From: Nitrospirota bacterium
Lineage (GTDB): Bacteria; Nitrospirota; Thermodesulfovibrionia; Thermodesulfovibrionales; JdFR-88
DNA length: 64,000 bases
Direction: 5' to 3'
NCBI GenBank assembly: GCA_021789215.1
Contig: JAJYJS010000002.1
Coordinates: forward strand, 142,605-206,604
Position numbers and translations under genes: made by a program
The notes under the pieces: generated by a model
Database searches by the model: none
What the model was told of the DNA's origin: nothing
Seen by the model: the letters and a program-made list of their open reading frames with translations, nothing else
Part shown: in pieces, positions 44,507 through 53,181 of the stretch
How the letters are laid out: each line of letters begins with the position of its first letter
Numbering within the stretch: position 1 is the stretch's first letter

Positions 44507-46039
44507 TTATATATGAACACACCCTTTCTTAACCATATCGAGTGTCTGTATCAGGGCCTCGGCCTTCCTCATGCTCTCGATGTACTCTCTTTCCGGGACC
44601 GAATCCGCAACGATTCCCGCCCCGGCCTGGACGTATGCCATGCCGTCCTTGAGCAGGAACGTCCTTATGAGGATGTTGAAGTCCATGCTGCCGGAAAACC
44701 CCATATACCCCACGCCCCCGGTGTAAGGGCCGCGCCTTGCAGGCTCAAGCTCGTTTATTATCTGCATGCAGCGCACCTTCGGCACCCCCGTTATGGTGCC
44801 GCCCGGAAACGCGGCCCTGAGGCAGTCGAACATGTCCCTGCCCTTTACCAGTCTGCCGCACACGTTTGAGACTATATGAATAACATGGGAGTAGTCTTCC
44901 GTCGTCATCAGCTCATCCACCCGCACCGAACCATAATCGGAGACCTTTCCCAGGTCGTTCCGTTCCAGGTCTATGAGCATGATGTGCTCCGCCCTTTCCT
45001 TGTCATTAAGAAGAAGCTCCCGCCGCATCGCCTCGTCCCCGGCGCTGTCTGCGCCCCTGGGCCTGGTGCCCGCAATGGGCCTTGTCTCGACCACCCCGTT
45101 ATGGAGCTTTATCAGCCTTTCCGGCGAGGAGCTTGCTATCTGGAACCCGCCAAAATCCGCAAATGATGCAAAGGGGGCCGGATTGACATTCCTAAGGACT
45201 GAATAGATGGTCCAGGGGTCCGCATCCCCTGTCGGAGAATGCACCCTGAGCGATAGATTGGCCTGAAAGATATCGCCGGCGGCTATGTATTCCTTGGCCC
45301 TGGCCACCATTTCCATATAGCGCTCGCGGGTAATCCCGTGCTCGATGTTTATTGAAGGTATCCCGCGGGCCGGTCCCGGCGGATTTGCCCGGGGAGGAAA
45401 AGACTTCAATTTTGCCGCTATCCCGTTTACCGCCCCTTCCGCTTCGGCGTATTTTTCCTTCCAGTCGAGTCCCGATATGTCGCCGTATCCAAGCCCGGTC
45501 TCCCTGGTCCCCGGACAGAAGATTATCCATGCTTTCCCGGCAAACCGGTCGAAGGCTATCAGCCTGTCGAACATGAAGAAGAACGCCTCCGGAAGGCCGA
45601 GATCGTCTTTGGGCATGTCCGGGGAAACGGATATTTTTTCGAAATAGTTCACGAAATCATAGCAGAAGAGCCCGGCCGCCCCGCCCTGGAACGGGGGCAG
45701 TTCGGGCAGCGGCCTTTGCCTGTAAATCTTCACAAGCTCCTTAAGGCGGTCAAGCGGCCTGCGCTTGGTGCTCACGGCCCGCCTCCCGCGGGACTCCAGC
45801 TCCACAACGGAATCCTTCACCTTGAAAGAGGCGTACGGGGCAAAGGCAAGGAAAGAAAACCGGGAAATTTTCTCCGGGCCCTTGATGCTCTCGAAAAGAA
45901 GGCTGCCCGGCCCGGCGAACGCAGGATAGACCTCATGGGGCGCCAGATAAGGGATTTCCGTATAAAGAGGGGGTATGACGCCGCCTCTGGCCTCTTCGCA
46001 AAACCGGTCTTTTGTAAGGGAGAGTGAAACGGCCCCCAT
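44507..46039 (-). CDS. Chorismate-binding enzyme (anthranilate / aminodeoxychorismate synthase component I)
   Basis: The C-terminal half contains PERLIKL, RPIAGTRPRG, ERAEHIMLIDLERNDLG, FPGGTITGVPK, RRGPYTGGVGY and GAGIVADSVPEREY. Confidence 0.9.
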   Translation of the reverse strand: MGAVSLSLTKDRFCEEARGGVIPPLYTEIPYLAPHEVYPAFAGPGSLLFESIKGPEKISRFSFLAFAPYASFKVKDSVVELESRGRRAVSTKRRPLDRLKELVKIYRQRPLPELPPFQGGAAGLFCYDFVNYFEKISVSPDMPKDDLGLPEAFFFMFDRLIAFDRFAGKAWIIFCPGTRETGLGYGDISGLDWKEKYAEAEGAVNGIAAKLKSFPPRANPPGPARGIPSINIEHGITRERYMEMVARAKEYIAAGDIFQANLSLRVHSPTGDADPWTIYSVLRNVNPAPFASFADFGGFQIASSSPERLIKLHNGVVETRPIAGTRPRGADSAGDEAMRRELLLNDKERAEHIMLIDLERNDLGKVSDYGSVRVDELMTTEDYSHVIHIVSNVCGRLVKGRDMFDCLRAAFPGGTITGVPKVRCMQIINELEPARRGPYTGGVGYMGFSGSMDFNILIRTFLLKDGMAYVQAGAGIVADSVPEREYIESMRKAEALIQTLDMVKKGCVHI

Positions 46040-46043
46040 CTGT

Positions 46044-46763
46044 TCAGGCCGTCATTATATCCAGAGAGATGAGTTCGAGGGCTTTTATGGGGTCCGGCTG
46101 CCTGAGGACCGCCCGGCCCAGGACGATGAAGTCCGCCCCTTCGTGGATTGCCTGTTTCGGGGTCATTGTCCTCTTCTGGTCATCCGGGGGTGTCCAGGAG
46201 GGCCTGATACCGGGGGCCGCTATGAGGAACTTGTCCCCGCAATGGCCTTTTATCATGGCTATTTCCTGCCCGCTGGCGACAACCCCATCCAGCCCGGCCT
46301 TCAGCGCCAGGCCCGACAGGTGCCTCACGTGGGTTTTAAGGCTGTGCTGTATCCCGAACTCGTTTTTAAGCTCCTCAGCCCCAATGCTGGTCAGCACCGT
46401 CACGCCCAGTATCCACGGCCTGGGAAGGTTTTCCTTCAGGCATAAAGAGGTGACGTCCCCGCTGACCCTCCGCATGGCCTCATACCCGGCGGAGGCATGG
46501 ACATTGAACATGAAGACCCCCAGCCTTGCCGCCGCCTGCCCGGCCATGGACATTGTATTCGGGATATCGTGGAACTTCAGATCGAGGAAAACCCTTTTGC
46601 CCCTCTTCTGTATCTCCTCGACTACGGACGGCCCCGCCGAGACGAAAAGCTCCAGCCCCACCTTGAAGATGTCTACAGAGTCCCCGAACCTGTCCACTAT
46701 CTCAAGGGCGTAGTCTTTCTCGTTCACGTCAAGGGCGAGGATTATCCTGTCTTTTACGGACAC
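46044..46763 (-). CDS. pyrF: Orotidine 5'-phosphate decarboxylase
   Basis: IILALDV...DIFKVG...FLDLKFHDIPNT motifs. I chose the GTG start at 46763 (GAGGGGGA upstream). It avoids overlap with dcd and removes an implausible 66-aa N-terminal extension. Confidence 0.88.
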   Translation of the reverse strand: MSVKDRIILALDVNEKDYALEIVDRFGDSVDIFKVGLELFVSAGPSVVEEIQKRGKRVFLDLKFHDIPNTMSMAGQAAARLGVFMFNVHASAGYEAMRRVSGDVTSLCLKENLPRPWILGVTVLTSIGAEELKNEFGIQHSLKTHVRHLSGLALKAGLDGVVASGQEIAMIKGHCGDKFLIAAPGIRPSWTPPDDQKRTMTPKQAIHEGADFIVLGRAVLRQPDPIKALELISLDIMTA

Positions 46764-46780
46764 GGGCTGAAAATTCCCCC

Positions 46781-47329
46781 TCAGGATTTTGAAAGGGTAA
46801 TGCCCTTCTGCGCCTGGTATTTCCCGGCCTTGTCCGCGTAGGACACCTGACACGGCTCTCCGGCACCAAGGAACAGAAGCTGCGCTATCCCCTCGTTTGC
46901 GTATATTTTTACGGGGACCGGCCCCGTGTTGGAGATGGAAATGGTCACATACCCCTCCCATTCAGGCTCCAGAGGGGTCACGTTGACGACCACCCCGCAC
47001 CTGGCGTAGGTGGACTTCCCGGTGCAGACCACTATGATGTCGCGCGGCAGCCTGAAATACTCCAGAGAGCGGCCAAGCGCGAACGAACCGGGCGGGATGA
47101 CGCACGCCCCGCCTTTCAGCGGCTCAAAACACTGCGGGTCCGTGTTCTTGGGGTCAAGGATGGCCGCATCCCCCGGACGGAAGAGCTTGAATTCGTCCGA
47201 CAGGCGCATGTCGTAGCCGTAGGAGCTTAACCCGAAGGAAATGCCGGTTTTCACCAGCATCCTGTCGGCAAAGGGGTCTATCATGCCCTTCAGGGCCATC
47301 TCCCTGATCCACCGGTCGTTTTTCACCAT
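46781..47329 (-). CDS. dcd: dCTP deaminase
   Basis: [21 protein letters not shown]-terminus, plus SSYGYDMRL and [22 protein letters not shown]. Start taken at the second in-frame ATG. Confidence 0.9.
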   Translation of the reverse strand: MVKNDRWIREMALKGMIDPFADRMLVKTGISFGLSSYGYDMRLSDEFKLFRPGDAAILDPKNTDPQCFEPLKGGACVIPPGSFALGRSLEYFRLPRDIIVVCTGKSTYARCGVVVNVTPLEPEWEGYVTISISNTGPVPVKIYANEGIAQLLFLGAGEPCQVSYADKAGKYQAQKGITLSKS

Positions 47330-47383
47330 TAGACAAATTAACATAAACCAAAGTTTAAAAACAACTAAAACTACAAATATAAA

Positions 47384-47413
47384 TTGAAAAAATTGGTCTT
47401 TATCTGCTATAAA
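47384..47413 (+). promoter_or_regulatory. Candidate sigma70 promoter for the leader RNA / rny transcript
   Basis: TTGAAA (47384-47389), an 18-nt spacer, then TATAAA (47408-47413). A second TATAAA lies at 47416-47421. Confidence 0.45.
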
Positions 47414-47419
47414 AGTATA

Positions 47420-47620
47420 AAGGGGTTGGACTATATGAGCCTGCCCTGTTAGTGATGGGTGAAAGATGTTAATCCACCAAGTTAGATCTTACGGGAGCTG
47501 GATGAAAGGGTACGGTGTGCATGTCTTCCCAGTTGAAGAAAGCCTGAAGTCCCTTTCGGGGCGCCCACTTGTCAAAAGGGGATCTAACGCCTTCACCCGC
47601 ACGGCAGGGTGGGTTTTTTC
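47420..47620 (+). ncRNA. Unclassified structured RNA / 5' leader element upstream of rny
   Basis: Non-coding region with lower GC. Long-range helices are GTTAGATC (47481-88) with GATCTAAC (47581-88), and GGGTGAA (47457-63) with TTCACCC (47592-98). It ends in a terminator hairpin. I recognised no known family signature. Confidence 0.35.
47592..47619 (+). terminator. Intrinsic terminator-like hairpin plus T6 inside the rny leader
   Basis: TTCACCC-GCACGGCA-GGGTGGG (5 Watson-Crick and 2 G-U pairs) followed by TTTTTT (47614-47619). Confidence 0.5.
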
Positions 47621-47833
47621 TATGGCTGAACTATCCGCCGTCAGCATAAAGAGGGAAGGGTCTGTATTGAGTTCAAAAGCAAACGAATATCCTCCTCATG
47701 CGCCGGATACTCAGGGTTTTGCAGTGATTTCAGCCCGTTAGGGCGCTGAAAGAAAAAACCAGCCATAGCTCCCAGGCCGTTTCCAGGCCGATAGCCCGCT
47801 CCCTTTAAATATAAAGGAGAGGAGGGAGTTTTG

Positions 47834-49393
47834 ATGAACCAGACGCTCTACATCTTGATCGCAATCGTTGCAGGAGTTGTTTCAGGCGGAGCGGCAAGCG
47901 TCATCTACAGGTTCTCCCTTAAGAGCAAATGGGAAAACCTGAAGCACGAAGCGGAAAACATAATCGAAGAAGCCAAGCGCAATTCCGAGAGAATCAAAAA
48001 GGACGCCTCTTACGAAGCCAAGGGCATTCTCTACCAGGCCAGGCTGGAGGCCGAAAAGGAGTTCAAGGACAGAAGGGGTGAGCACCTTCACATGGAAAAA
48101 AGGCTCCGCAACAGGGAAGAAACCCTGGAGAGGAAGCTCGACCAGATCGAACGCAGGGAACACGATTTTACCAGGAGGGAGAAAGACCTCGCGCAGAAGG
48201 AAAAATCCGTTCAGGAAAAGGAAAAGGGCATTACCGAGATAGTCGTCCAGCAAAAAGCCCTTCTGGAAAAGATATCCGGCATCAGCACCGATGAGGCCAG
48301 GGCCGAGTTGCTCAAGAAGGTGGAGGAGGACGCCCGCTTCGAGTCGGCTAAGCTCTCCAAACGCATAGAGGACGAGGCCAGGGAATCCGCGGAGAAGAAG
48401 TCCAAGGAGATAATCAGCCTGGCGGTCCAGCGCTACGCGAGCGATTACGTGGCGGACGCCACGGTCTCCGCCGTGAGCCTGCCCAGCGACGACATGAAGG
48501 GCAGGATAATCGGGCGCGAAGGCAGGAACATAAGGGCGCTTGAGGCCGCCACGGGCGTGGACCTCATCGTTGATGACACCCCGGAGCTTATCACTCTTTC
48601 CACCTTCAATCCGGTGCGGAGGGAAATAGCCCGCCTTTCGCTGGAACGGCTGATAGCCGACGGCAGGATACACCCGGCGAGGATAGAAGAAGTGGTTGAG
48701 AAAACACGCAGGGAAGTCGAGGCCACCATAAAGGAGGAAGGCGAAAAGGCCATCTTCGACCTGGGGCTCTCCGGCATCCACCCGGAGCTGGTAAAGCTCA
48801 TAGGCAGGCTCAAATACAGGACATCATACGGGCAGAACGTCTTGCAGCACTCGAGGGAGGTGGCGTATTTTGCCGGAATGATGGCCTCCGAGATAGGGGC
48901 GGACGTGAAGCTGGCCAGGAGGGCCGGCCTCCTGCACGACATCGGGAAGGCCGTGGACCACGAGGTCGAAGGCCCCCACCAGGAGATAGGGGCCAACCTG
49001 GCGAAGAAGTACGGCGAGTCCGACCCCGTTGTTGACGCCATCTTCTCCCACCACGACGGCGAGGTGAAGACGGCGGAGGCGGCGCTGGTGGCCGCCGGAG
49101 ACGCCATATCGGCCGCAAGGCCCGGCGTCAGGAGCGAGAGCATAGAGAATTACCTGAAGAGGCTGGGCAAGCTGGAAGAGCTTGCCATGTCCTATAAAGG
49201 CGTGGAGAAGTGCTACGCCATACAGGCGGGCAGGGAAGTCCGCATAATAGTGAAACCGGAGGAAGTCACTGACGAGGCCTCATGGATTTTATCCAAGGAC
49301 CTGGCCAAGAAAATAGAGGCCGAGATGACCTATCCCGGCCAGATCAAAGTAACCGTAATCAGGGAAAACAGGTTTGTGGAGTACGCCAAGTAG
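47834..49393 (+). CDS. rny: Ribonuclease Y
   Basis: N-terminal TM helix, a coiled-coil region, a KH domain ([15 protein letters not shown]) and an HD domain (HSREVA...LLHDIGK). The ATG at 47834 is 6 nt after GGAGGGA. Confidence 0.95.
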   Translation: MNQTLYILIAIVAGVVSGGAASVIYRFSLKSKWENLKHEAENIIEEAKRNSERIKKDASYEAKGILYQARLEAEKEFKDRRGEHLHMEKRLRNREETLERKLDQIERREHDFTRREKDLAQKEKSVQEKEKGITEIVVQQKALLEKISGISTDEARAELLKKVEEDARFESAKLSKRIEDEARESAEKKSKEIISLAVQRYASDYVADATVSAVSLPSDDMKGRIIGREGRNIRALEAATGVDLIVDDTPELITLSTFNPVRREIARLSLERLIADGRIHPARIEEVVEKTRREVEATIKEEGEKAIFDLGLSGIHPELVKLIGRLKYRTSYGQNVLQHSREVAYFAGMMASEIGADVKLARRAGLLHDIGKAVDHEVEGPHQEIGANLAKKYGESDPVVDAIFSHHDGEVKTAEAALVAAGDAISAARPGVRSESIENYLKRLGKLEELAMSYKGVEKCYAIQAGREVRIIVKPEEVTDEASWILSKDLAKKIEAEMTYPGQIKVTVIRENRFVEYAK

Positions 49394-49404
49394 GTGGCTC
49401 CGCA

Positions 49405-50187
49405 TTGAAGGTACTTTTCATCGGGGACATAGTGGGCAGGACGGGCCGGACCGCGGTCAGGGCCCTCCTGCCCAAAATCATTGAACGGTACAAGCTCGAC
49501 TTCATAATCGCAAACGGCGAGAACGCGTCTGGCGGGTTCGGCATCACGGAGGACGCGGCCAGGGAGCTTTTCGCCTGCGGCATACATCTCCTCACAAGCG
49601 GAAACCATATCTGGGACAAGAAGGAAATCGTCCCGTATATAACAAAGGAAGACAGGCTTATCAGGCCCCTTAACTACCCGCCGGGCGTGCCGGGCTCCGG
49701 CAGCACCGCCTGCCCCCTCCCAAACGGCAGAAGCATTGCCGTGCTGAACCTCATGGGCAGGGTTTTCATGACGCCCATAGACTGCCCCTTCAGGGCCGCG
49801 GACACGGAGGTAAGGAAACTCAAGGAGAAAACTCCCAATATCATTGTGGACTTTCATGCCGAGGCCACGTCGGAGAAGGTGGCGCTCGGCCATTACCTGG
49901 ACGGCAGAGTGAGCGCCGTCATAGGCACGCATACCCACATCCAGACCGCCGATGAAAGGGTCCTGCCCGGAGGGACCGCCTATATTACGGATGCCGGGAT
50001 GACCGGCCCGAAGGAATCCGTCATAGGCGTGAAGAAGGAGCAGATAATAGAGAAGTTCCTCTACCAGACGCCCCGGAGGTTCGAGATACCGGGCGGGGAG
50101 GCCATCCTCTCAGCCCTCATAATCGAGATAGACGAAAAGACCGGGCTCGCAGGCTCCATATCGAGACTCCAGCTCACTTACCCCTAG
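49405..50187 (+). CDS. YmdB-like metallophosphoesterase (TIGR00282 family)
   Basis: (M)KVLFIGDIVGRTGR, ANGENASGGFGIT, DFHAEATSEK and GTHTHIQTADE. TTG start at 49405. Conserved synteny after rny. Confidence 0.88.
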   Translation: MKVLFIGDIVGRTGRTAVRALLPKIIERYKLDFIIANGENASGGFGITEDAARELFACGIHLLTSGNHIWDKKEIVPYITKEDRLIRPLNYPPGVPGSGSTACPLPNGRSIAVLNLMGRVFMTPIDCPFRAADTEVRKLKEKTPNIIVDFHAEATSEKVALGHYLDGRVSAVIGTHTHIQTADERVLPGGTAYITDAGMTGPKESVIGVKKEQIIEKFLYQTPRRFEIPGGEAILSALIIEIDEKTGLAGSISRLQLTYP

Positions 50188-50918
50188 GGCTTGCGCCCTC
50201 CGAAGACAGCAAGCTCGAACACCTTGAAGCAGCAGTCCACATCCCTGAACCCGCAGGCGCGAAGCCACTCGCACTGAAGCTCCACCGGGGCGAGGATATT
50301 GGCGTCCTTGTCCGGCCTGTTATAAAATTCTTTCGAGACCTGTTCGCGGCTTTTTTCCGCCCCCCTGCTCCTGGCGAAGGCGTACATCGAGTCCACAAAA
50401 AGCTCCTCGAAATTGCGCTCCACCCACTCGGAGGGCGAAGAGACATGCTCTATGTTCACAAACAGGCCGCCCGGGCTTAGCAGGTTGAATATCTCCCTGT
50501 ACAGGCTGCGCTTGCGCTCATCGGGCTGGTGGTGGATGGAATACCCGGACACGATCAAATCGAAGGAGCCGTCCTCAAAAGGGGCGTGCCACGCGGGCTG
50601 GCCGTAATCCGCCGTGACAAATTCCAGGCCCGATGCATGCCCCGCCAGCCTGGCCCTGGCCTGCACAAGCATGGGCTCCGAAAAATCCACAAGCACTCCT
50701 TTTGCCTCCGGGAACCTTGCAAGCATGGATGCCGAAAGGACGCCGTCGCCGCAGCCGATGTCCATAAAGCGGGCAGGTTTTCCATTGCCCGCAGCACCCG
50801 CAAGCCGTAGCATTATTTCTATCTGCTGGGCGGCGAATGGTATCCCCCCGCGCACAGACTCAAGATAGGTCTTGACCAGCGAATCAGTCTTCCAGACTTC
50901 ACACGGATTTTTTCCCAT
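50184..50918 (-). CDS. Class I SAM-dependent methyltransferase
   Basis: FMDIGCGDGVLS (motif I) and LSPGGLFV. The ATG at 50918 is preceded by GGAGGG. Confidence 0.85.
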   Translation of the reverse strand: MGKNPCEVWKTDSLVKTYLESVRGGIPFAAQQIEIMLRLAGAAGNGKPARFMDIGCGDGVLSASMLARFPEAKGVLVDFSEPMLVQARARLAGHASGLEFVTADYGQPAWHAPFEDGSFDLIVSGYSIHHQPDERKRSLYREIFNLLSPGGLFVNIEHVSSPSEWVERNFEELFVDSMYAFARSRGAEKSREQVSKEFYNRPDKDANILAPVELQCEWLRACGFRDVDCCFKVFELAVFGGRKP

Positions 50919-50976
50919 TGCGCCCTCCAGGTAGAAAGCATATGGCAATCCAGGAGCGCATGTCAAACCAGGGGCC

Positions 50977-51264
50977 ATGCAAATGGTAAAATATTACATG
51001 ATAATCAAACTGGATAGCAGGACGCTGCTGGGGCTGGCGGCCGGGGCCTTGACGACCTTTTCGCTTCTGCCCCAGGTCATAAAGACATGGAAGTCCAGAT
51101 CCACCCAGGACATTTCAATCGCCATGTTCGTCATTCTATGCGCCGGGCTGCTTACGTGGGTCCTGTACGGGTTCATGATAAACTCCATGCCCGTCATCCT
51201 GGCCAACATCGTTTCATTTTTCCTGGGCATGGTGGTGGTCGTCCTGAAACTGAAACACGGGTAA
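50977..51264 (+). CDS. SemiSWEET (PQ-loop / MtN3 half-transporter)
   Basis: About 88-95 aa with 3 TM helices and LLPQVIKTWKSRST (PQ motif). The start is ambiguous (50977 or 50998). Confidence 0.8.
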   Translation: MQMVKYYMIIKLDSRTLLGLAAGALTTFSLLPQVIKTWKSRSTQDISIAMFVILCAGLLTWVLYGFMINSMPVILANIVSFFLGMVVVVLKLKHG

Positions 51265-51268
51265 TAAA

Positions 51269-51290
51269 CAGGGGGCGTAAAGCCCCCCTG
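51269..51290. terminator. GC hairpin between the convergent SemiSWEET gene and the small ORF
   Basis: CAGGGGGC-GTAAA-GCCCCCCTG. Confidence 0.5.
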
Positions 51291-51314
51291 TTCGCATTCT
51301 TTCCGGACCCAAGA

Positions 51315-51494
51315 CTATCCCGTGGTAATGCTAACCTTGTCGAGGATGTGCTTCAGCACCTCTTGCTCTTTCCTGAGGGGCTGTTTTTTCTCATGCCCTT
51401 CCGTCCTGAAAATTACCTCCTTCAGGTCGTCAAGATACATTTTGAGGGCGCGCTCGAGATATTCCTTTTCCTCTTTGTCAAGGGCGACGTTCAT
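51315..51494 (-). CDS. 59-aa hypothetical helical protein (below the ORF-track size cutoff)
   Basis: My own translation of the reverse strand gives MNVALDKEEKEYLERALKMYLDDLKEVIFRTEGHEKKQPLRKEQEVLKHILDKVSITTG. GGAGGTG lies 4 nt upstream of the ATG. It is downstream of pcm on the same strand. Confidence 0.55.
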   Translation of the reverse strand: MNVALDKEEKEYLERALKMYLDDLKEVIFRTEGHEKKQPLRKEQEVLKHILDKVSITTG

Positions 51495-51593
51495 TTGGCA
51501 CCTCCCGTCTTATGAATACGCAAGCCCTGAATTGCCTCTCCCTGAGAAAATGCTATAAGAAACCATATGGCTTGTCAAAACGGCTCGGGGAGG

Positions 51594-52274
51594 CTACTCC
51601 CTCCAGCCGTACTCTCCGAGCAGCGGCACAAAGACGCAATAGGTCTGGAATTCCTCGAAAAACCTCCCGGCATATTTTCTGCCTTTTATCAGCTTCTGGG
51701 AATCCCGCGAACCCACGGGGATTACGATAACGCCCCCGTCATTGTCCAGCTGCTCAAAAAGCGGGGCGGGGATTTGGGGCGCGCCTGCGGTCACTATCAT
51801 GCCTTGGAAGGGGGCCGCCTCCGGCCAGCCCAGAGAGCCGTTCCCTACCTTGAATTTTATGTTTGAATAGCCAAGGGACCTGAGTTTTTCCTCCGCCCTG
51901 ATTGAAAGCTCCGGGACATATTCGACCGTGCAGACCTCCGCGGCAAGCTCCGCCAGGACCGCCGTCTGGTAGCCCGAGCCCGTCCCAATCTCCAGGACCT
52001 TTTCGCCGCCCTTAAGCTCCAGGAGCTCGGTCATCAGCGCCACCATGTAGGGCTGCGATATCGTCTGCCCGGCCCCTATCGGCAGCGCCATGTCGTCGTA
52101 TGCCTTTTCCGCGTTCCATTGCCCGGCGAATTCGTGCCTTGGCACCCTCCGCATGGCGTCGAGCACCCTTTCGTCCCGGATGCCGCGCATGACAAGCTGC
52201 CCCTCCACCATGCGCTCCCTCAGGCTCCGGAAATCCATCTTACGGGTTATTTTTGACCATATCCATCCGGCCAT
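51594..52274 (-). CDS. pcm: Protein-L-isoaspartate O-methyltransferase
   Basis: ISQPYMVALMTELL, VLEIGTGSGYQTAVLA and GAPQIP motifs. The start may be the internal ATG at 52238, just after the surE stop. Confidence 0.92.
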   Translation of the reverse strand: MAGWIWSKITRKMDFRSLRERMVEGQLVMRGIRDERVLDAMRRVPRHEFAGQWNAEKAYDDMALPIGAGQTISQPYMVALMTELLELKGGEKVLEIGTGSGYQTAVLAELAAEVCTVEYVPELSIRAEEKLRSLGYSNIKFKVGNGSLGWPEAAPFQGMIVTAGAPQIPAPLFEQLDNDGGVIVIPVGSRDSQKLIKGRKYAGRFFEEFQTYCVFVPLLGEYGWRE

Positions 52275-53059
52275 TTGCTTTTAAGCCAGTCTATTGCGGC
52301 CCTGTTGGTGAGGTCAAGATGTATGGGGGTGACGGACACATACCCCCCGGCTACCGCGTTCATGTCCGTGTCGTCCCCGTGCTCCCAGAACGGCTTTCCG
52401 CCGCCTATCCAGTAGTATATCTCGCCCCAGGGGGAGCGTGTTTCGTGGATGGCCCCGTCGTAAATGCGCTTGGACTGCCGGGTGAACCTTATCCCTTTCA
52501 CTTCGCCAACCGGGACGTTCGGGACGTTCACGTTAAGGAGGGTATCATAGGGCAGCGGGTTCTCCATTACGAAAGACGCGACCAGGGTGGCATAATGGCC
52601 GGCGGTTTCGTAGTGCTGCACCTTGCCGTCCGCCGGGTCCAGAAACAGCGACACGGCAAAGGACTGTATCCCCATGATGGTGCCCTCTATGGCGGCCGAG
52701 ACCGTGCCGGAATAGGTTATGTCGTCGCCAAGGTTCGCGCCCCTGTTTATGCCGGACACCACGAGGGCCGGCTTCACAGGAAGCAGCTTCTGCATCCCCA
52801 CCGCAACGCAGTCGGTAGGGGTGCCGTTCACGCTGAAAAAGCCCACCTCCCCCAGTTCCTCCACCCTTAACGGCCTGTGCATCGTAAGGGCGTGTCCCAC
52901 GGCGGAGCGCTCCCTGTCTGGCGCGACCACGTAAGCATCTCCCAACCCCCTGACAGCCCTGAAGAGGGCCATCAGGCCAGGCGAGCGCACCCCGTCATCG
53001 TTTGTAACAAGGATTGTCTTCCGGTCAGGGCCTTTTGTCAGATCGGCGTTTTCTCCCAT
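52247..53059 (-). CDS. surE: 5'/3'-nucleotidase SurE
   Basis: ILVTNDDGVRSPG, SGINRGANLG and YSGTVSAA motifs. The start is uncertain: ATG 53059 is used here, and the track ORF extends to a TTG at 53137. Confidence 0.88.
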   Translation of the reverse strand: MGENADLTKGPDRKTILVTNDDGVRSPGLMALFRAVRGLGDAYVVAPDRERSAVGHALTMHRPLRVEELGEVGFFSVNGTPTDCVAVGMQKLLPVKPALVVSGINRGANLGDDITYSGTVSAAIEGTIMGIQSFAVSLFLDPADGKVQHYETAGHYATLVASFVMENPLPYDTLLNVNVPNVPVGEVKGIRFTRQSKRIYDGAIHETRSPWGEIYYWIGGGKPFWEHGDDTDMNAVAGGYVSVTPIHLDLTNRAAIDWLKSKWPDGYGQK

Positions 53060-53181
53060 ACCTGATTGTATCATTTCTCCGGCGGATAAAAGAACCGCGA
53101 ACAAAAGGGCTTGCCCTTTGGGGGCCGCTTGCGGCAAAATAAAACTCGTTTTGCAGTAAATTACCGGAGGTTTTTTCCAAA

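Noticed and set aside
47420-47620. The structured RNA upstream of rny might be tmRNA, RNase P RNA, 6S RNA, SRP RNA or a known riboswitch.
   Set aside because: It lacks several family signatures. There is no tRNA-like 3' end (T-arm plus CCA) and no 5' GGGG..UUCGAC, ruling out tmRNA. There is no GGAAAGUCCGGGC P4 core, ruling out RNase P. There is no SRP helix-8 GGAA/AGCA motif. The 5' and 3' ends do not form the long closing stem of 6S RNA. I found no convincing match to the TPP, SAM, FMN, B12, glycine, c-di-GMP, ykkC or Moco consensus cores. It remains unclassified.
47466-47741. A 91-aa plus-strand ORF inside the dcd-rny intergenic region.
   Set aside because: It has no RBS, and its composition and codon usage are unlike neighbouring genes. 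It runs straight through the terminator hairpin and T6 tract, so an RNA-level function is more likely.
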